Origin: Heptranchias perlo | Lineage: Eukaryota | DNA length: 64,000 nucleotides | Direction of reading: 5' to 3' | Assembly (NCBI RefSeq): GCF_035084215.1 | Contig: NC_090358.1 | Span: forward strand, 14,322,001-14,386,000 | In this document: piece by piece, positions 1 to 14,624 of the stretch | Numbering within the stretch: the first letter of the stretch is position 1 | Layout of the letters: each line of letters begins with the position of its first letter | Notes under the pieces: generated by a model | Told to the model about the DNA's origin: nothing | What the model saw: the letters and a program-made list of their open reading frames with translations, nothing else | The model's database searches: none | Program-made: the position numbers and the translations under genes

Positions 1-262
1 AAAGTCTTTCTTTGACATAAGTACCCTACAGAGAGTACCATTTGAACTTGCTATAAGATCAGTACATTTGAAAATACATATTATGCAGGATTCTGTTGGG
101 CCAATCATTTTATAAAGGTGCTAAATGTAGAGGAGCAAGGTCAAATGGTAAAATAACAAGATAAAACTGAAATAAATACTTTTTTTCTGCAACAATTTGC
201 AAGTGCTGGTTTCCTGTACTTGACCCATAATGAATGTTGGAGCTTGGATGCTGACTGTCAAC

Positions 263-503
263 AGAATCATAGAATTGTTACAGCACAGAAGGAGACCATT
301 CAGTCCATCGAGTCTGTGCCGGCTCTTTGTAGTCCATTTTCCCCGCTCTTTCCCCGTGGACCTGCAAATTTTTTCCCTTCAAATATTTTCCAATTCCTTT
401 TTGAAAGCCACAATTGAATCAGTATCCACCAACCTTTCAGGCAGCTCATTCCAGATCATAACTACTCGCTGCGTAAAAAGGTTTTTCCTCACGTCGTCTT
501 TGG
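263..503 (-). mobile_element. CR1 LINE 3' fragment
   Basis: Reverse complement closely resembles 55370-55608. Confidence 0.85.
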
Positions 504-3333
504 CAGGTGGAGGGCCATGCAGTCAATTCCGATCCTAACCATACAGGCCCACAACATCCAATCATGAGTGCGAGTCCTGGCCAGTTGCTTTTTTCCCCTC
601 CCTTTCCTTATTGAAGTGTGCCGAGGGCAACTGCCCAGTTCCCCCTGTTAGCATCGCATAGACATTGGGTCCTTAATCAGTTCTTGTAAGAACAGTTCAA
701 AAGTCCATTTAACATCTATTTATGAATCACATCACTAAGGTATGGGTCCTTTCCAATTATTACAGGGTAACTTGTAGTTAATCAGGAATTCGGTAGCTAA
801 ATGAATCCAGATGATGAGTCTGGTTGATATATAGTTAATTGTCCACAAAACAAGAAAGTTGCCTCATATTCTTCCTCTTACTCCTGGGGTGGTACTGTGC
901 TGGTTTCAAAATCTCTGGTCCCAGGAGTGCAATGGAATGAGATCACAATAATTGCTGTCTTTGATCATTGCCCACATGTTAGCTTCAATAGGACTGAACT
1001 CTGATGTTAATAAGTCACCTGGGAAATGGCTGAGCTGTTCCTCCATAATCAATTTGTGGAGGTAAGCTCAGCAGTGTTTGAATACTACTTACAGGTCACT
1101 GACTTGCCTTAAAACCTAGAACACGCCTGTATGAAGCAGGTGAAGCATTTCTTTAAGATACAGAAATGCTTAGCTTATATCCCATGAGAAGAAAGGCAAT
1201 CTGAAGTAAATTGTGCAGCAGAAAGGATAAGCAAACATGTAGAAAGAGCAGTTGTGTTAGTCTGATCTAATAAATTAACCTATTTATAGAAGCAGTGTTC
1301 TAATGTCTGTCACCCTCAATGTTTCCTAATCTTAGCCAGTCCAGCTTTTCCTCATTTTATGGTATCCAGGTGCTGCATATGGTGAATGTCAACAACATTT
1401 CTGGTAAAGCTGTCTGCAGATGAGATGGGCGAAGTATTGGGATGTCTGCTGCTCAAATCTCCCAGCTCTCAAGCTAACAACTGAAGTTTCTATATCTATA
1501 AATGACATTAGCACTGTAACTACCATTACTGCTGGTCCTACTGATCTGTTTTGATTCCTTTTTAGCTTCGTTTTCATTGCGGTATTATAGATGAAAATGA
1601 CAAAACTCAGATTTGCAATGAAAAGCAGCAGGAATTCCAGTACTAGCGAGTTATGATTCTAGTGCCAGCCTTTGTGGTATTGGTTGTGCATTGATGCCTG
1701 TAGCTCATGTTTCTCTGAAAGTTTCCTGCAAGGTTGTGTAGCTGGCTAGCTTGTGTATGAATGTCCACTGTCTTGCACATAAGGTAGGGCAGCAAACTAT
1801 TTGAATCTCTGGAACAATCGTAGATACATAAGCACTCAACATCTAAGTACAGATATCATGTTCCAGTACTGCAAAGCATTTTTCTTCTCAATGTCCCAAT
1901 GGATTCTTGATTCCACTTAATTTTTCAAAGGCAGTGTTAACTTGGAAAAACTCAAGTTTATCACAATGTACTTTTGACTGTAAATTGCAAACTTTTCCTA
2001 CCTGCTGGTGATATCTGTAGTACAGATGAAAAGCTGCATTGTTGAGGTGAAATGCATAGTACTTGGAAGAAATTAGCACTCTTGAATGTTTTATATGCAA
2101 GAGACGCTGTGAGTTGCTATTGTGCAGGTTTTCAACTGTTCAGGAAGGAATACTTGGATTGTTTGTACATGCGCCAATAAGTAGGTGGCTGTTGGGAACT
2201 GTAGTTCTTGGCACATAGAATGGCACAGCAGAGCAAAAAACCTCTTCCATTGTTTCTTTCTCGGTTGCCTTAACTCCAGTTTCACTGTGTGACAGCTTCT
2301 CTACTAATTTTATTTCCAGCTGAGCATAATTCCATTCTCTAGCTTTAGTCCTCTAACATAACTCTATCTGGAAACTTTGATTGTACCTCCTTGTGTAGTG
2401 TTCCTACCTTTGTACCTGCTTTCACAGAACTTCAGATAATTTTGTTCTTCATCTCGTCCCTTTGATTCATTTGTGTAGCTTTCCAAACTCTTTTGGAAGT
2501 TTAATAAACTACATTTTAGTTTATTTTGTGTTGGTTTTTTTTCAGCTTTTTGAAGCCTGACTCCTTGTTAAACTTTGTACTTGTACCAGAGGAGGAAGCA
2601 GGAAATCTATGCCTGTCCCAGAATATTTTACATTTTCTGGACAGTCAGATGGGTAGTTATGTACATTTAAGTAATAGCTTAGAAACATTTCTAAAATGGA
2701 TGAATTATTCCAGGCAAGATCAGAGTTATGTATCTTGCAGAGGATTTGTCCTCTGTATTGTTTCAGAAAGCCCTAATTACAGACAACACAAGTTTTTTTT
2801 TCTCCATATTCATTTAAATGTATATATGAGCATTCAGTTATTTTGTCTGGCTGTACTCAGAATTACTAAACTGTTTATAATAGTTCTAAGGCGCTTTCAG
2901 CAGCTGTGCATGAAGTTTACTATTGGGAAATTTTCTTGGAAGAGCTCAGCTTGAATATGTTGTATAGGATAATACTGGTTTGAGTGTGTTTCAAGGACTT
3001 GATGTATCTTGAGATGAGATAAAGTTGATAAACTGCTCAAGCTTTGATTAGGTGTCATTCCAACCCTTTGTGGAGCTGGCTTGTAATAAATTCCAGTCTG
3101 TACGCTATCTTTTATTTCTCCGTGGAAATTGTCAGTTCATTGAACAACCTAGTGGTTCTACATCAGCTGCAAAGGTATGGGATTAAAAGCACAGAGTTGA
3201 TACCCCTGTAGGGTCTTGCAAACAGAATGCTAATCAAAGTAATTTATGTGCAGTGACCTTGTGTATTGTCCTGCTATTAATCAGTTTCTAGCAGAAGCTA
3301 TGGGTTCTATATATTTGTATTTAATAATCAATG

Positions 3334-3377
3334 AGTTATTTACCTATTGCAGTATTAGTTATTTACCTATTGCAGTA
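3334..3377. repeat. 21-bp direct repeat (23-bp period)
   Basis: agttatttacctattgcagta occurs twice. Confidence 0.8.
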
Positions 3378-5179
3378 AAGGCCATGTATGTCATTTGTCA
3401 CATTTTTAGCATATCGGCATTTGTTTTTGTATGAGTCAGGAGACCATGCTGTGGGGAGCAACAAGAGAAGGGAGATCAATGTTTTAGGGGAAATGGAGGA
3501 ATGTCTTATATTTTGGCTCTCCTTCCATAATGTTTCTTTCAAATTTTCTTATTGAGTTATTCTTGAGCCAACAGAAGAGTTGAGAAGAGAATTGAAGAAA
3601 CATGTGTAAAGGGATGGGAGAGCACTGGGGGAGAAGGACCCGAGGGTCAGTGAGACGAGTGCGCTGATCGGGATGCCGAGGAACTTCTTGGATATTGCTC
3701 TCCTTACAGTTGATTTTACATCAAAGATGTTGTCCACTCAAAGAATAACTCCGCAACAATTTTGAAAAGAAACTGAATGTAAGGACAGCCATATACAAGA
3801 GGCCTTTGCAATCCCCTGACCAGCACTTCATTGCAGTGGGATCTTAATTATCCACTGAGAGGGGATGGATCCCCCATCTTACAGGAGACAATTAAGGTTC
3901 CACCCGAACTGTAATGAGTCCTTATTTTTTTCTCTCTAGTAATGCTATGTATCCTACATCCAATTAGCAGGACAGAACAGCTTATGAATTTATCACCAGA
4001 ACATAAGTATGAAATGGGAAAACACCAGTTAGTCTGTGAAGCCCGCTATTTCCACAAACCATGTGCAGTTGGTTTTAACATAGTTACTCGTAAACGGTAA
4101 AGGGATCAGTTGATAAAGACAGACTCTTACTTAGAATATGATTGGGGAAACTGGGCATCAGCCTCTGAAATAAGACTTCTGATATTTTGAGAGACTCAAA
4201 CACTTTAGAACAAGATCATCTTTTGACTTAGACTTAAATATTTCATGAATTAAAACTCAACTTAACACAGCTGATTTGAGGAGTGGTAGGACTGTGAACC
4301 GATCTTGTACATGTTGCACGACACAGCTGGGGTGAACTATAACATGTATGAAGAACACCACAGCAGAAAATGTGCAGGCCTAAATCTTGTTTCCAACTAC
4401 ATTTTCAAGAGTTTATATAGAGACACATTTTGTGAAACCATTGTGCATTTTGATAGCACAGCATGTGTGGAAGGATATATTGATGCATTAGATTTATTGG
4501 CGTGGCTGTTCAAACACTGGGAGCAATGAGTGTTTAACAGATGAGGCAGTTCATTTGGTTCTGGCTCCTGTGATTTGTTTGGGCTGATGGGACGGCTGGG
4601 TTGAGAACGATTAGGGGCCCTTAAGGGTGGAAAATTTCATGAAAAATTTGCAAAAGTTACAGGATATTGGGAGCGCAAACTGAATAGAACCACGACAAAG
4701 CTCAAATTGGTTGTTCAAAATGATTTGGCATATTCCAAGTTGAAATATTCTAGTGTTGGCTCCTAATAATATACATGCAAATTACTTCTGGGACTATTTT
4801 TCCAGCCAATTCCCCCAGCTGAAAATGAGCTTTTCAGTAGAAATGTGGGTTGTGGGAACTTTTTGACTGTTCTGAAGAATTACAACCATTTTTAGTTTAA
4901 TTTAGTTTAGTTTATGCACATTGTTGAAAACAGTTAATGTAGCCTGTTACTAAAGGCTGAATCCAATCTCCTTTAGATTCTTATCGATCATTCTTCACTA
5001 ATGTGGATTCATATCGCTCCTACTTTACAACATCATCACAGGCAGAATTTAGACTAGGTTTCAATCTTGTCTTCATTTTAAAATATGCTTTTATTTTGAA
5101 TTCTGTTAATAATGGTGGGATCATCAGCTCATTTTCATTTTATGATTTGGATGTGCACAGAGGTAAATAATTTAGAGTG

Positions 5180-5590
5180 AATTAATAAGTTGCTGGCTGA
5201 CTTCGATAAGTTGGGGAAACGAGTCTGCATGTAGCAGATGTCTTTCAACATGGACAAATGCATTGTCATACATTTGGGGAGGGGGAACTCCAAGTATGCT
5301 TCTACCACACGGTACCCATTAAAAGTTACTGATCAAGAGAGAGAGAGAGCTGGGTTAATAGTTGACAACTCTCACGCAGTGTGAGGTGGCCAAAGGGAAG
5401 GCTAATAGAGTTTTAGGGTGTATTGTGAGGGCTATCTGATTGTAATACAAACAGCACTACACTTGGGATATACAAGCTTTGGTACATCCACACTTGGAGT
5501 ATTGTGTCCAGTTTTGGTCCCCCCAACATGGTGAAGGATATCAAGGCTCTGGGGAAAGTCAGCAGAGAGAGACTGATTTTCCTGGATGTC
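5180..5590 (+). mobile_element. Degraded CR1 ORF2 fragment
   Basis: Translates to VHPHLEYCVQFWSP (CR1 RPHLEYCVQFWSP motif). Confidence 0.8.
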
Positions 5591-7963
5591 AGCAGTGTTG
5601 TGGCTTAATTGAAGTTACGTTCACTACATGCCCTTTCACCTTAAAACAAACCGATGGAGATCAATGAATTCCTTTTGTAAACTTTCAAAAGTACTGATAC
5701 ATAAATTAATCCATCACTTTGTAAATAAACTTTGTAATTAAATTGTGAAGTATGTCTTTTTGAGGTTTTTTTAAAATTTGGAAAGTTACTCTAATTTAAT
5801 TGCATTAATATACCACCCATTTTTTGAAATGTTACACTCTGGAAAACAGTAACTGTTTTAATATTGGTAAACTTTTTTTGAATTCAATAAATCAGACCAG
5901 TTGTACTGAGATTTCTGCAAGGTCACAGGAGGGTCTTTTGCATTGCAGAACAGTTGCTGTTTGATAATGTCACGTGGTCCTGCTTGTTTAGTAAGACCAT
6001 GAAACCCTATAAATGTTTATATTTACATTCTAGCAGAGAATTTCCATGTCCCGGGCCAAAAGTTTCTCTCAATGTTCACATGGGAAATTAAACTGACTGT
6101 ACCCTACAATTAAGATGTACATAAACTTAAAAATAGTACATGTATCTTCAATTTGATTTTCAAAACAGCTGCTCTCTTGGGTGAATTTTGTGCTTTTTAA
6201 TGCTGGGGAATGGAACATAATTCAATTTTGGACAGCCAGTGCCAGTATTAAGAATTTTTGGGTCAAGTCATAAGTGCTATGCAGAGTAAAGCTCTTTCTA
6301 CTCTGCTTTAACCACAATCTCAGAAGAGCATCTTTCACTGTATACGTGACATTTCTTATTTCTCACATCTGCCATCCTTGTGCCCTTTCTAACTGATCAC
6401 TCAATTTAGAGCCAGTTTTGTGCTATGCCCAGTAGAAAGTGGCTTGAGAATATCCAATCAAAACTGCTTTTCAAAAGAAATTCAACCAAGCCCATTTGCT
6501 TGGCCGTCTCCAATAGTGAATTGCCATTAAGCTCAGATTCTGTGCAATATTCAGTTGTATGGATAGAAAAAAAATGAATCTGCTCCTAACTCTTGTTCTG
6601 TGTTCGCCTGATGGGGAAATAAAGCAGCTTAACAATTCGTCTTGAGTCTCCTCTTACCCTGTGTTTGCTAGGTCCACCTACAGAGACTGGAGAAGCTCGT
6701 GTGAAAGACGAGGGTATCCAGTCCAAATCACAAGGGGCTGCTAATGCTATTCTATCAAATAAATATAGGGCAGTGTGAGTCAAATCCCAAAAAAGTAAGA
6801 TACTTACTCCGCTTGAGGGAATGACCGGTGACACTGAACCCGAGGAGGTAGCTATGGCAGACTTGGTCTGTAATACAAGCTAAACAGCGTTAAGGGGACT
6901 TTTATTGGCCATCAAACACCAGAAAGGCTTTGGGAGAAAACAGTGTTTGGTATTATGTTTAAAATTGTTCGGCCAATTTTTTTTTTGTGTTTTAAGAAAG
7001 GGAAAAAAGTTATGGCCAAGAAGAAAGCTAATATTTCCATTATGAAATTTCAAATGAGGTTATATCAGACATTGGGACATCACGTAACTCGAGAGAATTC
7101 CAAGAGTTTATATAACAGTGGATGTTCAGTTAGGTCGCCAGTTTACCAAGATATTCACAGTCAAATAGCAAAGCAGAGAATGTTGCAAAGGCACTCCTAG
7201 AAAAAGCGCACAAGGCCAGCCAGCACTGACCCTTACCTTGCCCCTGTTGGCTGGAATAACATACCAAGTGAGATACTGAACAGCTCAAAGATTATTTGGC
7301 AGACAAACCAAGACATTCCTCCTTGCAGAAAGCCAATTTCTGAAACCGAGAATATTAAATCATGTAAAAGAGAAACTATATACCTACGATAGTCAAACTG
7401 GCTTGGCTTGGCTTTACAACAACTATCTAAAAACTTAAGCTTCAAGAAGGGAAAGTTATTAAAATTCTACCAACTGAGATGGGGGAATGGATACTAGCCA
7501 AGGTGCATCAGCAAGTGGATGTCAGATTCTGCCAAATAAAGTTGTTAAGGATTAATGTTGGACACTATTCTAACTACAATACAGTGATTTATATACCAGT
7601 CATTTTGTGATTGTTTGAACCATTATGACTTTATAATTTTTGGTATTCTTTGTGTAAAGTTTTTATTTGAGAAGGGAGATTTATCGATATTGAATTGAAA
7701 TTTTTCATCAGTACTGAACAATACGGAGTTCCTTTTTCTATGACTTAACAACTGCAGTGTAGAATTAAGATGGCTGCAGAGCAAAGAGCACATTTATTTA
7801 AGCTCAAGTCTTTGTCATTTCTTACCAACTGACACGTAATAACAAGTGTTCTAATGCTGTAGTCCAGAGTTGTTGCTTTTGTCCTAATGCTCCACATCTT
7901 TTACTTTGTCCTGCACCATAAATATCTATTGCGCTTGGAGGAGGATGAGCATAACCGTGTATT

Positions 7964-8862
7964 GTCAGCCTTGGCTCAGTGAAAGCACTCCTGTCTGAGT
8001 CAGATAGTTTTGGGTTCAAGCCCCACGCCAGACACTTGAACACGTAATCTAGGCTGACACTTCAGTGCAATACTAACGGGATGCTGCACTGTCACAGGTG
8101 CTGCCTCTCAGATAAGAGGTCCTGTCTGCCCTCACATGGGAACGTAGGAACAGGAGTAGGCCATTCAGCCCCTTGAGCCTGTTCCGCCATTTAGTGAGAT
8201 CATGGCTGATCTGTATCCTTACTCCATTACTGCCTTGGCTCCATGTTTCTTAATACCCTTGGTTAGCAAAAATCTATCTATCTCTGATTAAAAATTATTA
8301 ATTGAGCAACAGCTACTGCTTTTTGTGGGAGAGTGTTCCACACTTCTACCACCCTTTGTGTGAAGAAGTGTTTCCTACCTTCTCTCCTGAATGGCCTGGC
8401 TCTGATTTTAAGGTTATGTCACCTTGTCCTGGACTCCCCAAAAGTTTCTCTCTATCTACCCTATCAATTCCTTTCAAAATCCTAAAAACCTCAATCAAAT
8501 CACCCCAGAACCTTTCATATTCCAGGGAATGCGAGCATGGTTTATGTAATCGCTCCTCATAATTTAACCCTTGGAACCCTGGTAACATTCTGGTGAACAC
8601 TCTCAATTGAACATAAAAGATCCCATGGTACTATTGAATGAAAAACAGGGCAGTTCTCCTGTTGTCCTAGTAAACATTTATTCTTCAATAAACATCACTT
8701 CAAAAAAAAATTGGTCATTATCTCACTGTTGTTGGTATGACCTTGCTCCATTTCTCTACGTTATAACAGTGACCACATTTCAAAAGTACTTCATTGGCTG
8801 CAAAGCACTTTGGGATGTCCTGAAGTCATGAAAAGCACTATATAAATGTAAGTATTTTCTTT
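7964..8862 (+). mobile_element. DeuSINE (SacSINE1/AmnSINE1-like) interrupted by a CR1 fragment
   Basis: tRNA-like A and B boxes (tggctcagt, gggttcaagccc). The Deu-type core (gctgcactgtc..ggtgc; aaagatcccatgg) is split at about 8134/8601. Tail reads ctatataaatgtaag. Homologous to 47233-47643. Confidence 0.82.
8136..8600 (-). mobile_element. CR1 3' fragment nested in the DeuSINE
   Basis: Track ORF 8346..8606(-): FTRMLPGFQGLNYEERL..GDLIEVFRILKG. Confidence 0.88.
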
Positions 8863-11160
8863 TCTCCCCTTCTGTTCATCTTCCTCTCTTTTTAAAAAAA
8901 AATTCTAGCAAAAAGAGTGGCCTCCACTGCACCCAATGGAACTGGAGTAAAATGATGGATTTGAATTTAATTGGTGCAATTTGCCATTATGCAGAAGTGC
9001 TTTCCTTAATGTGTTTAATGTCCTCTGGTAGTGCATTGGTTAAAATGTGTGTATCAAATTCCCTTGCAGGGTATTCAAGCACAGTTTAAAATAATGCTCA
9101 AAGGAATTTAATGTGAACACATGAACCAATGTGCTACCAGGGGAAATTAAGCCCCCTAATTGTTAGGTTCCTGTAAAAGCCTACTACTGCAGCTCCATAC
9201 CATCCATTTGGATCTTCAAAGCTGCCATCCTCCTCCTTCCTTTCCATTATCTGTAGCAGTGATGAGTACCTGGGGAATTGTGTCAAATCTGTACTGTCAT
9301 TGCTTTGGATTTGTTGCACGCTACCTCAGTGCCCAGTGAACCAATTGCATATTCAAAAATTGCATGCTTCTCCATTCTTTCCATCATCTGTAGGATTGAG
9401 TGTACTTGAGGGTTTATACAAAAACTTGAATTGATTACATGCCTTTCCACAAGATTTCTTCCCTTGACTAGCTCCGCTTGTGGCCCTTACTTGCTCAAAC
9501 CACTTGCATTTGCATCTCATCCAATTTACAATATTAAATTGAAGTGAGAGAAAGCATTGTACTTTTTTTTTGGAATTAAGATTTTTTTTTTAAATTACCA
9601 CATTTTATATGCTTTATCTGAATTGACAAAATATGGGCTTGGTGGAAAGAAGAGGGAGAACTAAATAAAGACTTGATTGGAAATTATTTTTTTTCCCTCC
9701 TCATTTTGTCTCCTTCTCTCCTTAGGGTGTTGACCTCTTACTCTTGACCTGTAGCTAAGCCCAAATCTTGTACTTGTCCAATGGATATAAACACGAGTCA
9801 CTTTTATGCTGTTGCTGTTTTATAATTGGGGTTCTGGCAAATTGGCATTAGTGAGCTGGCTCCTGGCACCGTGACTGTTAAATCTGACTCCCTTATCCCA
9901 GCCGCAGACCCTGTGTCTTGTGTGTCTGAGTCTTCTGTTGTGATAATGGGACTGGATTTATCAGTGTAAACCCTGGGAGCCAGCTCATGGTTGCCAGTCT
10001 CCCATAGTCCAAATGGCAGCAGTATGAAAGTGGCCATATACATATATGTCTATGTGTGTGTGTACATACATAAACACGCACACATTGCTGAATAGTGATA
10101 AAGAGCAAGATTCCTCTGTCACCTAAGATGCTAAGCCAAATTGAGCAACCTGCCACCACCCTGAATGAGATTAGCTAACTCAGCACAGACCAGAGATTGA
10201 ACCTGGGACTTTCCTGATCCATGTGGCTGAACTATTCACTGTCTTCATCAGCTACGCAATTGGGCTAACCAAGTATGTTATGCCTCCTCATTTATCAGAA
10301 ATGGCATGGTTTAAAGAATCATGATTATAGATAAATGATTCACTGAAATATTCTAACTACAGCAATCCGAATCTGTCTTTAATTATTTATAATAAAAAAT
10401 CAACTTTGTAACTTCTACAGTACTGGCTGGGATGGTGGTCTATTTTTTAACACTACCTAATGCCAATGAAATACAGACATGCAATCCAGGAAAGATATGA
10501 AGAAAAGTAGTGATAGGTCTGGCCACTGCAGATGAAGAACTGGCAGTAATGAATGCCAATGAGACGGTGTGAGAGATATATATAAATATTAGAGAGAGAG
10601 AGAGAGATAGCGGCAGAAAGGAATCATAAAAGAGATAAGAGGCGGAAAAATAGGAGCAAAGAAATAATGTGGTGATAACTACATTTTTATCAAGTGGAGT
10701 CAGACTGCAGTATTCAAATTGAGCAGCAGATAAATGCTGCTGACTTTATTTCACTCCATATTTCCTGCCACAGTGTCGGAAATGAACTGTCAACGCAGAC
10801 TTCAAGCTTTCTTTTATTCAGAATAATGAGCTACAGAGCTTGTGGCTAAGGAAAGGTATTAATGGTGAGTGCAGCTTAACCTTCCTTTTCCTCCCGCTCC
10901 CCCCCCCCCCCACCACCCCAGTCATTGCTGATAGGTGGTGAAATGACAAATTGATCCATTTTCCGCAGCTTCTGTGGGGTGGTGGTTGGGATCTGGGGAG
11001 AAGTGGAAAGGAGAGAGAAGGAAATGAAGACCAAGAAACAAGGGAACAAAAATTTGTATTTATGAGGACTGTTTCTTGACAAGTATGTGGTAATGAATGA
11101 TGACATGTCCTTTATGAAAAGGAGGAAGCATGATAAATTGAGACATCCTAGATCACCTGA

Positions 11161-12140
11161 CAACTATGACAACAACTTGCACTCTGAAAGTATCTTTTAA
11201 CATCGCAAACTACCCAAGGCAGATCACAAAGCAAGTGGGAGCTGCGGAAAGAAGTAAGGGAGGTGACTTCGGGTGTGGTTAGGTTTTGAAGAGGATTTTG
11301 AAGATGGAGTGTGATGTTTCGAGATGTAATGGTTGATCAAGGCAATGTCAGAGGGCAGGGAAATGAGAGCTGAAGGCTTTGGCACCCATGAAGGAGGAGG
11401 GGGGACATGCAGTAGGCCAGGCTCTAGAGAGGGGAAGCGTGAACTGTGGTATAGGGCTGGAGGAGGTGTGGAGATAGTGGTGCAAGGCCTTGGAGGGGTT
11501 TATAGAATGAGGACCAGAATTTAGAAATCAACATGCTGGGGGACAGGGAAATCAGTGAGGACAGGGACCATAGGTAAACGGGCTGTAGTATGGGATAAGG
11601 TGCAAACAGAAGATTTCTGGATGAGCTGGTTTGTGTAGGATGGAGCTGGGAGGTTGAGGGCAGAGGTATTGGAGATGTCAAGCCTCGAGGTGATGAAGAG
11701 ATGGATGAGGCAACAGTGGGATAAGGTAAGGATTGAGCCCAGGGCTTGAAGTTCATTTTAGGGTCGAATGGAACATCGAGGTTGTGTATTGTCCAATTCA
11801 GCCTGAGAATGCAGCTGGGAAGGGGAATGTAATGAGAAGTGGGAAGAGCTAATTTGGATAATTTCTGGCAAAAGCTGAACAAGATGGTTTCAGTCTTGTC
11901 AATGTTGAGCTGGAGAAAGTTCCATTCGGTTAATGATGGACAACACTATGACAGTCGAAGGTAGAAAGTTGAAAATTGATGTCATTATATAAAATAAAGC
12001 TAACCTTGCACTTACAGATATTGCTGAGAAACAGCATATAGACTGGGAAAACAAGGGGACATGGATGCAAACTTGGAGCACACTGGAATAGACCTTTTTG
12101 AGGACTGAAGAACCCTCCATGGTCACTCAGGGTGGAAAAC
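11161..12140 (-). mobile_element. Degraded L2 LINE
   Basis: caac-type tail at the left end. The minus strand resembles the L2 ORF2 C-terminus and the copies at 17147 and 42238. Confidence 0.7.
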
Positions 12141-13070
12141 AAAGTGCACTTTTTTTTCTAGTGCAGAGAGATTTAAAAAAATGTTTTACCTCCATACAGC
12201 TGCAAGTTGCATAGTGAAACACCGTGATTTACATTTGTGGTCTTTCACCTTTCCTTGAATGAGGTAAAGGTCCTCCAATATAATACCATATTTAAACAAA
12301 AATACAGTTAACAGTCTCTTTAAATCACTTGTGTAAAAAAAAATGCCTTTCCTTTTCTTGGGTGGTCACTGGCTTCCGGCCAAGCAGGACAGTTCTGGGA
12401 GTTTCTGCAGTTCTTCCTGTTGCGGTTTGCTTGTACAGTGCTGATGGAACTCGGCACTAAACTTAAATGAGGAACAACAGTCCATCGTGCCTTTGGTCTA
12501 TCGAGCATTTTAAAACTAAACTATAATGAGGACAATAGTATTCGTGGTCAATTCCTTTTTCGATTAAGAAATGCACCAATATCTTGGAGCTTGATTTATT
12601 TTAACTGATGGGAATTAAATGAACTGATGCATGAAACATTCTGGAACTGTTTTAAAAGGTTGTATTGTCATTTTGGATAGTTTTCCTAGAAGGCTTTGTT
12701 CCTCATATAGCCAAGAACATTATGTGCTGTAAAGTCAGCATATTTGTCTCTTGGGACACCATTTACAGCAGCAAGTAAAATCTGCCATGCCAGTTGCTAT
12801 GCTTCTCTCTGCAGTTTTGTAAAATTGACTTAATTCTATTAAAATTTCAGATGTTCTGAGCGTTGTGTTAAGTCTGTACCAGTGATAAATGATATGTATG
12901 GCTACATCTGTTTCATCTTTGTGTTAGACCTGTGTTTATAAATGAGCCTCGCCTTACAAGAAGACACAGCTGCCGTATCTCAAACATGTTGACATGGCTT
13001 TAAAGCACGCATATTATCCAAGTTTTTAAACTGGAGAAATATAATTTCTGATGTTTAAAAATGTATTTGA

Positions 13071-13455
13071 GCTCCCTGAATGGCTTAGTGGATTAATGTA
13101 CTGTGTGGGGCTGCACCAAACCAAACGGAGCAGGAAATTCCCAGACTGGATGACTACAGACTTCGGATGGGGTACCGATGGAGGCATGACTATTGACTTC
13201 AGTGTCTTGAGACTAAGGATGGGAAAAATCAACTGGGATTCCTGCTCCAGACTGATTGATTCCTCAAAGGGGACAAGTGTAGATACTGGATGAGAAAAGG
13301 ATCATGTTTGGGTGTGATGGCCTTATGAACAGATAACTTGCTGATGCCCAATGCATGAAGAATTAGTACATGAGGTAGCCAATGGCCGCTGCCCATATAG
13401 TCATACCTCCGGGTAGGCTCCTCAAGTCATGAGAGGAGGGGAAAGGAGAGAAAAA
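13071..13455 (+). mobile_element. Ancient SINE, AmnSINE2-like
   Basis: tRNA-like head, then gggaaaaatcaactgggattcctgctcc, catgaagaat, and a purine-rich gagaggaggggaaagg end. Related inverted copies occur near 14165-14570, 9690-9800 and 26985-27050. Confidence 0.6.
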
Positions 13456-14164
13456 TATAAATTACCTCTAATCCAATCTTAATGGTACTACAAAATATAT
13501 TGTTTTGCATAACTTGTCCACAGCTAAGGCTTAGTATTAGTGTTTTCATCATGGTGACCAAATCAAAGTCAAAACAATACTAGAACTTACTTGTTAACCA
13601 GATCAATCTGGCATGTACTTGGGTACTAATTTGCCACACTCCATGTACCCAACAGGAAAGAAGCAGCCTTTTATGGACAGATTTCATGTTTGTCACTGGA
13701 GTGCAACAGTGGAATGCGAGCTGGTTTTGGTGTGAAACAGCTGTCGACATTGTGGTGTCTTTATGCTTTTTATAGGCCTATAAAAATATGAAATAATTAC
13801 AAAATGATTCTCTTTCCCTTGCTCCAATTAAATGGATCATTTCAACTACAAATAATGAATTTGTACATATATTTATACCTTTCTCACTCTTGCTGCACTT
13901 CACTGACATGGTGGACTGTTACACAGATGAGATATAATCCTGTAGCTTCCTGGGCAGTAAAACTGATCGAGATTGGGATTTTCATTTTATTTGCAATTGT
14001 ACTCGTCCCCCTCACCCAAATGTCCATATTCACACTAACAGGAGCGTGGGACAGGCCAACCTGCAGATATCTCGATGAAGCTGCTTAGTCAATCTCTCAG
14101 GATTCTAAGATAGGTAAACTGCAGGGAAAGCCTCGGTGTTTATTTCAGCGAAGGTTAACATTCG

Positions 14165-14570
14165 CCTTTTTTTCTCACTTTCCCAGTTTTCTGCCCTTTT
14201 CTATCCTTCTCTGAAAGTGGTGCCTTCTGCTGAGGTGCAGCTCCATAAGTGCTGGCTGCTCTCCAGCATCTCATCTAAATGGCCATTCTTAACATGGAAA
14301 TCCATACAGAGTGTGTCACCCAAGCTATTTAGCTGTAGGGGATACCACAACCAAACATATTCCTGTCCTCCAACATGTCCACAAGTGCCTCTGCAGAAAA
14401 GGTCAATCAAAAGCACCATAGCTGGCTGTTTGGCCTAGTTTGATGATTGTGAAGACAATTGCAGCACACCCACCTAGGCCTCAGCTATCATTATGCAACT
14501 CTACATAGAATACAGATAGAACCTCTGACCCACCTGTGTAGTGCACGTAGCCTATGAGCCCTTGTGTGAG
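14165..14570 (-). mobile_element. Ancient SINE, AmnSINE2-like (same family as 13071-13455)
   Basis: Reverse complement shares the aagaatggcca block and the purine-rich 3' end. A B-box-like gatagaacct is near 14516. Confidence 0.55.
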
Positions 14571-14624
14571 CTGAATATTTGGGAATCCACTGTTCTAGCA
14601 TTATATTGAGATAACCCACTCACT

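Noticed and set aside
2526-2954. 142-aa ORF with an acceptor-like site near 2545
   Set aside because: No homology, non-ATG start, and no donor in the phase needed to join exon 23856.
7964-8040. tRNA genes suggested by A and B boxes here and at 41751 and 47233
   Set aside because: No complete cloverleaf; each continues into a SINE body.
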